From an uncultured Alphaproteobacteria bacterium (lineage in GTDB: Bacteria > Pseudomonadota > Alphaproteobacteria > Rs-D84), in the NCBI GenBank assembly GCA_947175875.1, contig CAMWON010000002.1, positions 1,216-65,215 of the forward strand: DNA of 64,000 nucleotides, in the 5' to 3' direction. A program made the position numbers and the translations under genes. The notes below the pieces were generated by a model, which saw only the letters and a list, made by a program, of their open reading frames with translations, ran no database searches and had not been told where the DNA came from. Of the stretch, positions 1-9,470 are shown in pieces (position 1 is the first letter of the stretch; each line of letters begins with the position of its first letter).

Positions 1-436
1 GCATGTTACGCACAATCTGTAGCAGTATATCGTATTCGTGATGTGGCTTATAACCAGATGCACGTGCGCGATTAGTTTCGTTTGTTGTCAGATTCAGGTA
101 GTCTGCATCGTTGTATTTAACCTTGCGTCCCTTCGGCTCATGTGAAAGCCAATGGAGAAAGTTCTGGATGTCGCGGCTGATTCTTAACAGATAGCTGGCC
201 GATAGTTCCAGTTCGTGGACCTTAATTTTGAACTGTTTTGCCAGGTCTGCATTAAAAGTGTTAAGTGGCGCGAAATCCGTCAGAACTTCGAAGCAACGTA
301 TGGATTTGTGCAACGCATTCAGTGTTTTATCGTCGGCACCGACGGTGTTTCGGATGTGTTCCAAATACTGTTTTATTAGGCGTTCATTTGTCGGATTGTA
401 CTGTGCACGATTTTCATCGTTTAGTATGGTTGCCAT
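1..436 (-). CDS. Tyrosine-type site-specific integrase, N-terminal ~145 aa only (runs off window start)
   Basis: Own translation of the minus strand from ATG at 436-434: MATILNDENRAQYNPTNERLIKQYLEHIRNTVGADDKTLNALHKSIRCFEVLTDFAPLNTFNADLAKQFKIKVHELELSASYLLRISRDIQNFLHWLSHEPKGRKVKYNDADYLNLTTNETNRARASGYKPHHEYDILLQIVRNM. It is open to position 1. The pattern F.HWL....G....Y.DADY.NL...E.R.A.A matches, from memory, the SAM-like N-domain of island integrases. It is absent from the ORF track because there is no stop in the window. Confidence 0.65.
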   Translation of the reverse strand, partial: MATILNDENRAQYNPTNERLIKQYLEHIRNTVGADDKTLNALHKSIRCFEVLTDFAPLNTFNADLAKQFKIKVHELELSASYLLRISRDIQNFLHWLSHEPKGRKVKYNDADYLNLTTNETNRARASGYKPHHEYDILLQIVRNM

Positions 437-566
437 TATATACTCCTTTTGTTTGACAACCCAATGAAACATGCATAAAATAGACTATGCATATTCCTTT
501 GGGGATTTGCAGGTTTATGTCCCTTGCGATCATTTCTTGCAGGAAGCGGCGCAGGGGATTTTTGTT

Positions 567-1073
567 TTATAGTTGAAAACATAATTGTCCCTCTTTTTCG
601 GGTGTCGGATGTTGTGGAAGACTGCTTTCCGGAATGCGGCAATCGGAGGGGGTGGTGACAGAATCGTATATACTCAAATCATCGACGATATGGAAAGTAC
701 CCGATAACAGGTCTTTTGCGCTGATTTTATAAGCCCTGTTTGCCACTTTGCCGCATAATGGACAGATGCCGCTTAGCTTTAAACTGGTGCCAGTTTCATG
801 CATTGTGACATTGTTGTTTAGCGGAACGATTGGTTCGCGACAACGCAGGCAATACATTTCGTTAGTTTTTAACGGATTCTTGGTAACACGGTTCTTGGTT
901 CGCAGATAGTTTATCAAATCATATCCGCGGATAAGGGTTGGTTTACCATCATCGATTGTTGGCATGCCATCTGCGACAAATGCGCGTATAGTCCTGGCCG
1001 AACGGTCGATAAGGGCGCCAGCCTCATCCATTGTATAGCACGCCATATAGGAAATTTTGTTAAGCTTGTACAT
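567..1073 (-). CDS. DNA-binding protein, N-terminal HTH plus C-terminal CxxC...CxxC zinc ribbon
   Basis: ORF track 567..1112. I prefer the internal start MYKLNK (ATG 1073) because AAGGAA lies ~6 nt upstream and overlap with the upstream gene is minimal. Motifs: SARTIRAFVADGMP (HTH-like), CLRC...CPLC. Confidence 0.5.
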   Translation of the reverse strand: MYKLNKISYMACYTMDEAGALIDRSARTIRAFVADGMPTIDDGKPTLIRGYDLINYLRTKNRVTKNPLKTNEMYCLRCREPIVPLNNNVTMHETGTSLKLSGICPLCGKVANRAYKISAKDLLSGTFHIVDDLSIYDSVTTPSDCRIPESSLPQHPTPEKEGQLCFQL

Positions 1074-1275
1074 CGTCATCTTCCTTTTTGTTGGGGTTGA
1101 TGGTGTGTGCATCTATCCAGGTATCAACATCTGATTTTTTATATCTGATGCGGTTACCTATTTTTATGTATGGAATGTCCAAACGTCCATAATGGCGCAT
1201 TGAATTCATACTGGCCACAGTTGAATGTATGTATTTTGCAACCTCATTTTGAGACATTAAATTACTGTCTGTCAT
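1060..1275 (-). CDS. Excisionase/AlpA-like helix-turn-helix protein
   Basis: 71 aa. MSQNEVAKYIHSTVASMNSMRHYGRLDIPYIKIGNRIRYKKSDVDTWI resembles the MerR/excisionase-type HTH_17 pattern (..iG.r.rY....v..Wi). It lies next to the integrase module. Confidence 0.6.
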   Translation of the reverse strand: MTDSNLMSQNEVAKYIHSTVASMNSMRHYGRLDIPYIKIGNRIRYKKSDVDTWIDAHTINPNKKEDDDVQA

Positions 1276-1394
1276 ATTTAGCTCCTTTTGTTCTGCTTGT
1301 TTAATTGACTACAATATTGAGGAGCTTTTGCAAAAAGGCGAGAAATAAAAAATTTAGCTAGCTAATGAATACACTAGCTAGCTATCGAGAATAA

Positions 1395-2204
1395 TTACCA
1401 CATGCAAATCCAGCTAAAAATTGTCTTTTCACTTCGTTTTATGCCCCTTGTTTCTAATTCGGCTTTTAGTCTGATTGCTTCGGTCAATGAACGTTCTTTG
1501 CCAGATTCCATCCAAAGCTGTTTGGCTATTTCTTGGTTTTTTCGTGAATTATTTTTTGATTTGTCTTGGTTGATAATGCCGTATAGAGATTTATGTAATT
1601 TTACAATTTGCCATTTTAAACATGTTAGGTCTTTCTGGGTTGTTGCATTAAGAGGTAATGTATTTTCAACATCTTGAGTGTGCGCGTTGTTTCTGAATAA
1701 AAAATCACCGTACATGGCTATTTTGATTAATATTTCACCGCACAGAATAGTTTTTCGGTTTGTTTCAAAATCACGAATTATCTGTTGTTGTATTTTGGTT
1801 TTGGCGTTCTTTAGAGCTTCTGGCGACTTTGATTGCAGGATAAGTTCGACCTGGCGAGCATGATAATGTATGGCTGCCTCCATGGCTTTGGCGCAAATGT
1901 CTAATTGTTGGTCGTGGCTGAGATTTGGGAGATTTAAGGCCTCAGAGATGCGAGACAATTCTTTTTCGTAACCGTCTAAAATAGCTTGGTGTTTTTCTTT
2001 TATATCTTCAGATACTCTGTCTTGTGGGGTAATTAACCAATCTCGCCATCCGGGTATCATAATGTCTATTGCCATATCTTTTGGAAATTGTTTATGGATT
2101 TCAACCGCCTTGTGATCCAGATCTTCCCATAAAGCGGTTTGATCCAATATAAAATCGTAAAATGGTGGACGAATTGATTGGAATAGTTTTTGTGCCTCTG
2201 TCAT
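1395..2204 (-). CDS. Hypothetical protein (island cargo)
   Basis: 269-aa ORF, AT-rich codon usage, no motif recognised. An antisense 91-aa ORF was rejected. Confidence 0.5.
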   Translation of the reverse strand: MTEAQKLFQSIRPPFYDFILDQTALWEDLDHKAVEIHKQFPKDMAIDIMIPGWRDWLITPQDRVSEDIKEKHQAILDGYEKELSRISEALNLPNLSHDQQLDICAKAMEAAIHYHARQVELILQSKSPEALKNAKTKIQQQIIRDFETNRKTILCGEILIKIAMYGDFLFRNNAHTQDVENTLPLNATTQKDLTCLKWQIVKLHKSLYGIINQDKSKNNSRKNQEIAKQLWMESGKERSLTEAIRLKAELETRGIKRSEKTIFSWICMW

Positions 2205-2360
2205 AATATTTTCCTGTATTTTTGGTTGTATTTATATAGTCACGCTAACGGACAAAAGCTTAATATTCAAGTAAATCGCATAATAAAAATTAATCCCTGT
2301 GGTAGCAAATAGGTAGCAAAAGGGTCAAAATAGGGCTGAAAATTCTGAGTTAAAAATAAT

Positions 2361-2383
2361 AAAAAATCCGCAGAAGTCTGCGG
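2361..2383 (-). terminator. Intrinsic terminator of tRNA-fMet
   Basis: On the minus strand, CCGCAGA-cttc-TGCGG is followed by TTTTTT immediately after the tRNA 3' end. Confidence 0.7.
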
Positions 2384-2390
2384 AAAATCT

Positions 2391-2467
<77 letters not shown>

Positions 2468-2480
2468 TCAACGTAGCTTT

Positions 2481-2508
2481 ATTATAGCCACATATAAGCT
2501 AGTGTCAA
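2481..2508 (-). promoter_or_regulatory. Sigma70-type promoter for tRNA-fMet
   Basis: Minus strand TTGACA-16 nt-TATAAT ends ~13 nt upstream of the mature tRNA 5' end. Confidence 0.7.
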
Positions 2509-2686
2509 TTAAAAAGTGAATCTTTTCAAAATTTGCCTTAAATAAATGTATCTTGTGCAACTGTAGCGCGAAATTTTTAAAATATTCTAATTATTTTTGC
2601 TGTGTGACTAAATTCTTATCCTTTCTTGAATTATCCTTTTTTTATTGCTAACATCATACGAATTTAAATATACAGGATATATAGGT

Positions 2687-3490
2687 ATGAGTATTACTTT
2701 TAGAAAAGTTTGGAAGGGTTTTTGGGAGCCGATATTGCGTTTACCAATATTTCAATGGATTATCGCAATATTGATGGCCGTGTCGATATGGTTTGTTTAT
2801 TTTACATCGCGTCTGCGTATCAAGAATATAGAAGTTTTTCGTAAATATCGCAGAAAACCGGCTATTTTTGTGTTCTGGCATGGGCGCAGTATGATGCTGT
2901 CGCCGATTGTGGCGATGCGTGGCATGCGTTCTTATGCGGTGGCGTCGCGTCACAAGGACGGGCGCATGATGGCAAAGTTGCAGCGCTTGTTCGGTTTGCG
3001 TTCCATATCAGGAAGTACGTCCGACGGCGGCATATCCGTATTACGCCAAGGGGTTCGCGTACTGCGCCAGGGCGGATATTCCGTATGTATTTCACCCGAC
3101 GGGCCTGGCGGGCCGTCTTTGCGTGTTCAGGACGGGGCGCTTTATTTTGCGAAAATGAGTGGTGCACCGATAATTCCGGTATGTTTTTCCGCGTCACGTG
3201 CGCAGTTGCAGAAACGCTGGGACAGGTATTTGGTCGCGTTGCCTTTTGGGACTATTACGTGTAATGTTGGTAATCCGGTGTTTGTAGACAGAAAAGCCAC
3301 CCCGCAAGAGTTTGAGGCGGCCAGAAAATCGTTGGAGGATTTCATGGTTCGCCAGATGCGCGAAATGGATGCCGAGTTTGGTTTGGCGCCGGCGGAACAG
3401 GGCCAGACCGCGCGTCGTTTCAAGGACGAAATGCGTGCGGCAAAGGCGGCAAAAAAGAATGCGAAAAAAGCCCGGCGAGTAAAAAAATAA
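2687..3490 (+). CDS. DUF374-domain protein (lysophospholipid acyltransferase-like, lipid A/Kdo locus associated)
   Basis: ORF 2645..3490; ATG at 2687 preferred. Motifs FWHGRSMM, SRHKDGRMMAKL, GSTSDGG, ISPDGPGGP, WDRYLVALPFG match the remembered DUF374 consensus. It sits directly upstream of lpxK. Confidence 0.7.
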   Translation: MSITFRKVWKGFWEPILRLPIFQWIIAILMAVSIWFVYFTSRLRIKNIEVFRKYRRKPAIFVFWHGRSMMLSPIVAMRGMRSYAVASRHKDGRMMAKLQRLFGLRSISGSTSDGGISVLRQGVRVLRQGGYSVCISPDGPGGPSLRVQDGALYFAKMSGAPIIPVCFSASRAQLQKRWDRYLVALPFGTITCNVGNPVFVDRKATPQEFEAARKSLEDFMVRQMREMDAEFGLAPAEQGQTARRFKDEMRAAKAAKKNAKKARRVKK

Positions 3491-3500
3491 CGGAATAGAG

Positions 3501-4415
3501 ATGAAAACACCCTGGTGGTTTTTAAGAAAGACTCCGCTGGCGTTGATACTGTGGCCGGTGTCGGTTTTATATTATATGGTGTCATGCACGGTGTACGGCG
3601 TTCGCAAGATTGGGGCCTATAAATCGCGCCGGCCGGTTATATGTGTCGGGAACATATTTGCCGGCGGTGTCGGCAAGACGCCGATTGTGCGCGCCATTGC
3701 AGTGCACCTGGGCGCGCCGGTTGTTATGCGCGGGTATAAAAAGTGCGCGGCGACCGGTAACATCGGGGACGAGGCGACAATGCTGGCGCGCGCCGGTTTG
3801 CAGGTGCATACGGGCGATAGAAAAAGCAATGTTCGCCTGCTGGATGCACAGGATGAAAACAGCCCCATTGTCATGGACGACGGATTTCAAAATCCGCGTA
3901 TAAAAAAAGACATTTCCATTTTGGTATTTGATGAGCGTTTGGGTGCAGGAAACGGTTTTGTCCTGCCGGCGGGCCCATTGCGCGAGCCGGTACGTGCCGC
4001 ACGGCGGGCGGACGCCATTATTATAATAAAGTCAAACGGCGGGCATGTGCGCAAATTAAAACTGCCGGCGGGGATACCGGTGTTTTATGCCGAAAACAAG
4101 ACCATATCGCCGTACGGTGATACGGTTCGTCTGGCGGCGTTTGCGGGAATTGGGTATCCGAAAAAGTTTTTTGCGGCACTGAAAAACGTTGTTTATAAGA
4201 AAAGCTTTGCCGACCATTATCAATACACGGCCGAGGACATTGAGAAACTGCGCAAAGCTGCGGCGCGGCGCAAGGCAAAACTGATTACGACCGAAAAGGA
4301 CTGGGTTCGTTTGCCGGCGGATGTGCGGGATGAAATAAAATATGCAAGACTGGAAACGGTTATTGAAGACGGATTTTATGACTGGCTAAAGGAGAAGCTG
4401 AGATGCCGACATTAA
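3501..4415 (+). CDS. lpxK: Tetraacyldisaccharide 4'-kinase
   Basis: 304 aa. P-loop VGNIFAGGVGKTP is typical of LpxK. Size and lipid A gene context fit. Confidence 0.85.
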   Translation: MKTPWWFLRKTPLALILWPVSVLYYMVSCTVYGVRKIGAYKSRRPVICVGNIFAGGVGKTPIVRAIAVHLGAPVVMRGYKKCAATGNIGDEATMLARAGLQVHTGDRKSNVRLLDAQDENSPIVMDDGFQNPRIKKDISILVFDERLGAGNGFVLPAGPLREPVRAARRADAIIIIKSNGGHVRKLKLPAGIPVFYAENKTISPYGDTVRLAAFAGIGYPKKFFAALKNVVYKKSFADHYQYTAEDIEKLRKAAARRKAKLITTEKDWVRLPADVRDEIKYARLETVIEDGFYDWLKEKLRCRH

Positions 4416-5338
4416 AAAAAGAGGTTCGCCTGTCCGGGCGCGGAATTCATTCGGGGTGCCGGGTCGACATTGTGGTAAAGCCCGCGGACCGGAATGGGAT
4501 ATATTTTGTGCGCACCGATATAAAGGGTAGTGGGCCGATTATCGCACGCTTTGACAATGTCGGCGATACAAAAATGCGCAATACGACAATCGGGTGCCCG
4601 TGCGGTGCGCATGTTCAGACAATTGAACATTTGATGGCGGCGTTGTTCATGGCGGGAGTGGACAGCGCGGTAATCGAAATAGACGGTCCGGAAACGCCCA
4701 TAATGGACGGCAGTGCGTCCGTTTTCATAGACGCGTTTAAAAAAGCGGGCGTGACGGCCGGCGTGATAAAAAAGATTGTTGTTCGCCGCCCGGTTACGGC
4801 GACGGTGCGCGATGTGCGGCGGACGCTGCCGATTGGGTTGCGCGTGCGTCTGTGGATTATGGATTTAATATCCGGGCGCCGCGCCGACGGGTATGTAAAA
4901 TTGGAACCCAATGGCGGCGATGCGCTGGATATAAAGGCGACGCTGGTATATCCCGAAAAAATTATCGGACGCCAGACATATGAATACAAATTTGACGGCA
5001 CGAAAAAGTCGGTTGAGGCGTTTGTTCACGACATTGCGCGTGCGCGCACGTTTGGAAAGTATTCGGAATGGGAATATTTAAAGGCGCGCGGCATGGGGCG
5101 CGGCGCGGACGAGACGAATGTAATCGCCCTGAATGATGCGGGGGATGGGACGCTGAATGCGCTGATGTGGCCGGACGAATTTGTGCGTCATAAAATCATA
5201 GATGCGGTCGGCGACATGGCGACGTCGGGCGGGATGATTGCGGGGCGCCTGACATCGTACAAGGGCAGTCATGCGATGAACAATATCGTGCTGAAAAAAT
5301 TGTTCAGCGACCCGCGCAATTATGATATAGTTGAATAA
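4403..5338 (+). CDS. lpxC: UDP-3-O-acyl-N-acetylglucosamine deacetylase
   Basis: 311 aa. Motifs: GRGIHSG, TIEHLMAAL, EIDGPETPIMDGSA, HKIIDAVGD, SYKGSHAMNN. Confidence 0.9.
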   Translation: MPTLKKEVRLSGRGIHSGCRVDIVVKPADRNGIYFVRTDIKGSGPIIARFDNVGDTKMRNTTIGCPCGAHVQTIEHLMAALFMAGVDSAVIEIDGPETPIMDGSASVFIDAFKKAGVTAGVIKKIVVRRPVTATVRDVRRTLPIGLRVRLWIMDLISGRRADGYVKLEPNGGDALDIKATLVYPEKIIGRQTYEYKFDGTKKSVEAFVHDIARARTFGKYSEWEYLKARGMGRGADETNVIALNDAGDGTLNALMWPDEFVRHKIIDAVGDMATSGGMIAGRLTSYKGSHAMNNIVLKKLFSDPRNYDIVE

Positions 5339-5353
5339 AGCAAAAAGGATTTT

Positions 5354-5788
5354 TTGATGAAGAAATTTTTTGGATTTTTTGCGTTGGCAGCGCTGTGTGC
5401 GTGCGGCGGCATGATAAAAAATGAAAACGGCAGTGAATTTTTGACCCAATTGGATGCGGAGCCGATTGGCTGCACTTTCCTTTACAAGCTGGAGTCGGAG
5501 GTTTCCGTCTATGACGCCGACGATGCGCGCCGGTATCTGGAAAACCGCATCGCGGACCAGGCGCGTCCGGGTAATGCGTATTGGATAACCAGCTCGCGTA
5601 CACGTCCGAACGAATGGGTGATATTCGGGCCGGAACGCAGTTTTGTTTTGGTTGCGAACGTTTATGACTGTCCGCATCCGCGCAGTGTTCGTACCGCACG
5701 CGACGGCGGGTCGGCGACGGTTGCGTATCCGGTCGATGTTATCACGACAACATGCGGCGGCGCGGGCGCATATGGCCAGTGTCAATAG
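5354..5788 (+). CDS. Small lipoprotein, function unknown (possibly pilus-accessory)
   Basis: 144 aa with signal/lipobox-like MMKKFFGFFALAALCACGG. It lies just upstream of the pilO-like gene but is separated from it by a terminator. Confidence 0.55.
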   Translation: MMKKFFGFFALAALCACGGMIKNENGSEFLTQLDAEPIGCTFLYKLESEVSVYDADDARRYLENRIADQARPGNAYWITSSRTRPNEWVIFGPERSFVLVANVYDCPHPRSVRTARDGGSATVAYPVDVITTTCGGAGAYGQCQ

Positions 5789-5811
5789 GTTGCATATCGC
5801 GATAAAATAAC

Positions 5812-5842
5812 AACCCGCTTTTTTAGGCGGGTTATTTTTATT
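5812..5842 (+). terminator. Intrinsic terminator
   Basis: AACCCGC-ttttttag-GCGGGTT followed by ATTTTTATT. Confidence 0.7.
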
Positions 5843-5908
5843 CTGTGTTTGCCAAGATTGGTAATTTTATGTTATAATTATTCATACCTAGGATATTAGG
5901 GAGAGAGT

Positions 5909-7171
5909 TTGATAAATCAAGTAATAACCGTTGACAGAAAGAAATATGCCGCCGGTCTGTTTTGGCAGCCCGTTGCCAGTGGCTTTGTCGCGCGCAATTA
6001 TGCGCGCAGTCTGGCACGCAGTATCGATAAAAAATTAAATCTGTATGCGGATTACCGCGCGATGGTTGGACTGGGCGGACGCCGCATGGGACATCGCAGC
6101 GGAATGCACAGTGCGGCCGCCGAAATTATGGATTCCATGACGGAATATTCGTCATTTCTGGGTGTGTTTCAGGCGGGACGTATGTTCTATCTGGTTGCGG
6201 TTAGAAACGGAATAATTTTAAACGACCGTCTGTTTGATTCAGAGGCGGCGGCGCGTGCGGAATATCTGCGCCTGGCGGCGATTCCGGATTGGTCCGCATT
6301 GTTCGCCCCCGGCGCATGGTCCATGCCGCGCGCGGTGGAACGCAATTTGTCCGATATAATAACGGGGCGGGCGCCGGCGGCGCTGCGTCATATCGGGCGT
6401 GCAAAAATGATTGTGACGTCGGCGGCGATAATCGCATTGTTTGCGTTGGGATTTTTATACATGTTCCGGGGGCCGATTGCACAAATGTTGGCGCCGCGTC
6501 CCCAGGTGGCGAAAATCGACCCCGAACTGGCGGCGGAGTACAAGCGCCGGATAGAGGAAAAAAACAAAGAACTGGACAAGGCGTTTGAGATAGAAAAGGC
6601 GGCGCCGGTCGAGCCTTTGCGTATGCCGTACGATTATCTGCCCGACCCGGCGGCGCGTGCAAATTTGTGCTATCAGGCAATCGGATTTTTGATGCAGCCG
6701 GTTCAGGGCTGGAATCAGGTGTCGGCCGAATGCGGCGAGGAATATGCAAACGCATCGCTGCGTCGCGGGTTTGGAACACTGACCGGGTTTTATGAGACGG
6801 CAGGCACGCTGATGCCCGGCGCGTTTGTCCGCGAGGAGTCTGAAAATTCACTGAATGTGCGGGCGCGCCTGCCGGAATTGGAGACGCGTTCGTCCCAGGA
6901 TGAACGTGACGCTGACACGATTGTCCGCGACGTGTACAGCATGTTTCAGGCAACGGGCGAGGATGTGGAAATCGGCGTTGTCGCGGACACGATAACAAAC
7001 GGTGTGGAAACGGAGTCTGTTGACGTTGTGGAAATTGCCGCGTCATCAAAACTGACGCCGGCCCAGTTTATGGAAATATTCGCCGATTTTGGCGGTGTTT
7101 ATATGACCCGATGCGCATGGGACGTGTCGCGTCGCATTTGGAACTATGAGGTGATAATCTATGCAAAATAA
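5909..7171 (+). CDS. Type IVb pilus biogenesis protein, PilO(PilO2)-like
   Basis: 420 aa, TTG start after AGGGAGAGAG. The N-terminus VITVDRKKYAAGLFWQPV matches the remembered PilO2/PAP_PilO signature (..Y.tGLFWQ..). There is one central TM segment. Gene order is O-P-Q-R as in R64/PAPI-1 pil operons. Confidence 0.6.
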   Translation: MINQVITVDRKKYAAGLFWQPVASGFVARNYARSLARSIDKKLNLYADYRAMVGLGGRRMGHRSGMHSAAAEIMDSMTEYSSFLGVFQAGRMFYLVAVRNGIILNDRLFDSEAAARAEYLRLAAIPDWSALFAPGAWSMPRAVERNLSDIITGRAPAALRHIGRAKMIVTSAAIIALFALGFLYMFRGPIAQMLAPRPQVAKIDPELAAEYKRRIEEKNKELDKAFEIEKAAPVEPLRMPYDYLPDPAARANLCYQAIGFLMQPVQGWNQVSAECGEEYANASLRRGFGTLTGFYETAGTLMPGAFVREESENSLNVRARLPELETRSSQDERDADTIVRDVYSMFQATGEDVEIGVVADTITNGVETESVDVVEIAASSKLTPAQFMEIFADFGGVYMTRCAWDVSRRIWNYEVIIYAK

Positions 7172-7820
7172 GAAATTTCGACTGATTGCCGTTTTTGCAA
7201 TGCTGTGCATATGCGGTGGCGCACGCGCCGCCGTCACGGACGTGGACGATGATATGGACGCAATCAGTGCAGAGGCGGTCGCCGATTACAAGGTTGAGGG
7301 CAGTCTGTTCCAGCAGATTACTGATTTGGAACAGGAAAAGGTTTTAATGCAGTTGGAAAAAGAACGCGCCCAGCTGGATTTGGAACTGGACAGACTGGCG
7401 GCGGAAAAGATAAAGCTGCACATGGAAATAGACACTTTGTCGGGCCGGGCCGAGGCGCAGCAGCAGGAGCTGGAGACGGAAAAGGCAAAGCTGGAGGCGG
7501 AGGCCGCGCGCTTGGCGCGTGAAAAGGAATCCCTGGCCGAGGCCGCCGCCGCACCGAAAAAGACGGTTTCCACGTCGTCGCGCGCGGAAGAGTTCGATGA
7601 CGACGTCGTGATTTCCGACGCGTTTCGCTTAATCAATGTAATCGGCGCCGGTTCACAGTTGCAGGCGACGGTTGAAGATTTGAGCACCGGCCAGACGAAA
7701 AGAATTCGTGCGGGCTCGGTTCTGGACGGTTTTTCCGTGAAATCAATATCGCTGGACGACGGGGTTGTGTTCGTCAAAGACGGAAAAAGCCAGACGCTGA
7801 ACATTGGCGGAAACAGATAA
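7161..7820 (+). CDS. PilP-like pilus assembly protein with long coiled coil
   Basis: 219 aa. Signal peptide, a ~90-aa E/L/A/K-rich coiled coil, and a C-terminal small beta domain (FRLINVIGAGSQLQATVEDLSTGQTKRIRAGSVLDGFSVKSISLDDGVVF), as in PilP/GspC HR domains. Confidence 0.5.
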   Translation: MQNKKFRLIAVFAMLCICGGARAAVTDVDDDMDAISAEAVADYKVEGSLFQQITDLEQEKVLMQLEKERAQLDLELDRLAAEKIKLHMEIDTLSGRAEAQQQELETEKAKLEAEAARLAREKESLAEAAAAPKKTVSTSSRAEEFDDDVVISDAFRLINVIGAGSQLQATVEDLSTGQTKRIRAGSVLDGFSVKSISLDDGVVFVKDGKSQTLNIGGNR

Positions 7821-7841
7821 ATACAATACGGACATAAAAGC

Positions 7842-9470
7842 ATGGCCACATCGGATAAAACGATTTTGAATCCTTTTTCGTCCACGCCGTCGGTACCGGC
7901 GGGGCTGGAAAATTCCACCAACAAGGACGTGGTCGATTATTTGTTTTCCAACGGAAACCGCTTGTTAACGGCGGCGGGCGGTGAATTTGAACTGTCCAAG
8001 GATACGCAGAGTTTAATTGCGTATTTCGCCGGGGGCGAGCTGATTATATCCCGCACGCACCGGTATGACGGACGCGTGCTGGCGTTTATTGATTTGCTGG
8101 CGCGGCGCGGTCGTACGGCACGGACGCCGTTTTATTCCGATTTGGGATTGCTGTCCACTATTTACAAAACGTACGAAGGGCGCGGCAGTGACGGCCGGGC
8201 CAGGACGGATTACGACAACCAGATGCAAAAGGACTTTGTCGATATCGTGGCAAAGGCCGCCGCCCAGAAAGTGTCCGACATTCATATAGAGGTTGCGGAC
8301 CAGACAACGATATATTTCCGTATCGACGGCAGTATGCAGCCGGTGCTGGAATACAATTCCGGATGGGGTGAATCGTTTGTTCGCGCGGCGTTTGCGTCGG
8401 CGGATATATCAAACGCAAACTATGCCCAGAACGAGTATCAGTCCGCCCAGAAAGACGGCCGCACGCCATTGCGCGGGACCAAGGATTTATATCTGCCGGC
8501 GGGCGTCCTGGCGATACGTATGCAGTTTAACCCCATCGCATTCGGCAGCCGGTATGTCGTAATGCGACTGCTGTACGACAATCCGTCCGAGGGGATTAAA
8601 TCCGGCCAGGAATTTGGCGAATATGAACAGAATCTGTTGATGCAGTTGCGCTCGTTCCCGACGGGATTGGTTGTTGTGGCGGGTCCGACCAGTTCCGGTA
8701 AATCCACAACGCTGGTTCGGAACATGTCGCTGATGCTGAAAGAGCGGCGCTATGAAATCAATTTGATTACGGTTGAAGACCCGGCCGAGCAAAAGATTTT
8801 CGGCGCGCACCAGATGCCTGTTGTCAACGCCATGAACGAGGATCAGCGCGAGGAAAAATTTACAGAGGCACTGGCCGCGGCGTTGCGCAGTGACCCGGAC
8901 ACATTGATGGTTGGTGAAATCCGCACCTTGTCTGCGGCGCAGTTAACGGTAAAGGGCGCGCTGTCGGGGCATAATGTTTGGACGACGCTGCATGCGAATT
9001 CGGCGATGGCGGCGCTGACCCGATTGCTGGATATGGGGGTAGAGGCGTTTAAGTTAAAAGAAGAAACAATGATGCGCGGGTTAATATCCATGCGCTTGTT
9101 TAAAAAGCTGTGCCCGGATTGTCGCGAACCGCTGGCAAACCATCCCGAACACCCGGCGTATCGCCGCGTGCTGGACGCGTTTGGGGAATTGGGCCTGCGC
9201 CAGGTATTTATTCGCGGCGCGGGTTGTGAAAAATGCGGGCGCAGCGGGACGCTGGGCCGTATCAAGGCGGGCGAGATTATTATTACAAACAGTGAATTTT
9301 TGAACCTGGCCCTGTCGGGGGATACGGACGGCGCGGTGCGGTACTGGCTGGAAAACATGGACGGACGCACACTGAAAGAGGCCGCGATTTCATTGATGTT
9401 GCAGGGGATTATCGGTGTTGATGAACTGGAGCGCTGGGTCGGGTTGCTTGACCGGCCGGGGGTATATTGA
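7842..9470 (+). CDS. GspE/PilB-family secretion ATPase (PilQ-like of type IVb systems)
   Basis: 542 aa. Walker A GPTSSGKSTT, Asp box TVEDPAE, Walker B/His box LRSDPDTLMVGEIR...GHNVWTTLHAN, tetracysteine CPDC...CEKC. Confidence 0.85.
   Translation: MATSDKTILNPFSSTPSVPAGLENSTNKDVVDYLFSNGNRLLTAAGGEFELSKDTQSLIAYFAGGELIISRTHRYDGRVLAFIDLLARRGRTARTPFYSDLGLLSTIYKTYEGRGSDGRARTDYDNQMQKDFVDIVAKAAAQKVSDIHIEVADQTTIYFRIDGSMQPVLEYNSGWGESFVRAAFASADISNANYAQNEYQSAQKDGRTPLRGTKDLYLPAGVLAIRMQFNPIAFGSRYVVMRLLYDNPSEGIKSGQEFGEYEQNLLMQLRSFPTGLVVVAGPTSSGKSTTLVRNMSLMLKERRYEINLITVEDPAEQKIFGAHQMPVVNAMNEDQREEKFTEALAAALRSDPDTLMVGEIRTLSAAQLTVKGALSGHNVWTTLHANSAMAALTRLLDMGVEAFKLKEETMMRGLISMRLFKKLCPDCREPLANHPEHPAYRRVLDAFGELGLRQVFIRGAGCEKCGRSGTLGRIKAGEIIITNSEFLNLALSGDTDGAVRYWLENMDGRTLKEAAISLMLQGIIGVDELERWVGLLDRPGVY

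Larger units (their letters stand above)
1..2390 (-). mobile_element. End of an integrative element (genomic island or prophage-like) abutting the 3' end of tRNA-fMet; it continues beyond the window start
   Basis: AT-rich block with an integrase N-terminus, an HTH/Zn-ribbon protein, an excisionase-like HTH and one orphan gene, all on the minus strand. It is directly adjacent to the tRNA 3' end at 2391. The second att site is outside the window. Confidence 0.6.

Noticed and set aside
5078-7049. Long minus-strand ORFs 5078..5785 (235 aa), 5304..5699 and 6201..7049 (282 aa)
   Set aside because: They are antisense to lpxC, the lipoprotein gene and the pilO-like gene. All are extremely Arg/Pro-rich, as expected from the reverse frame of GC3-rich genes.
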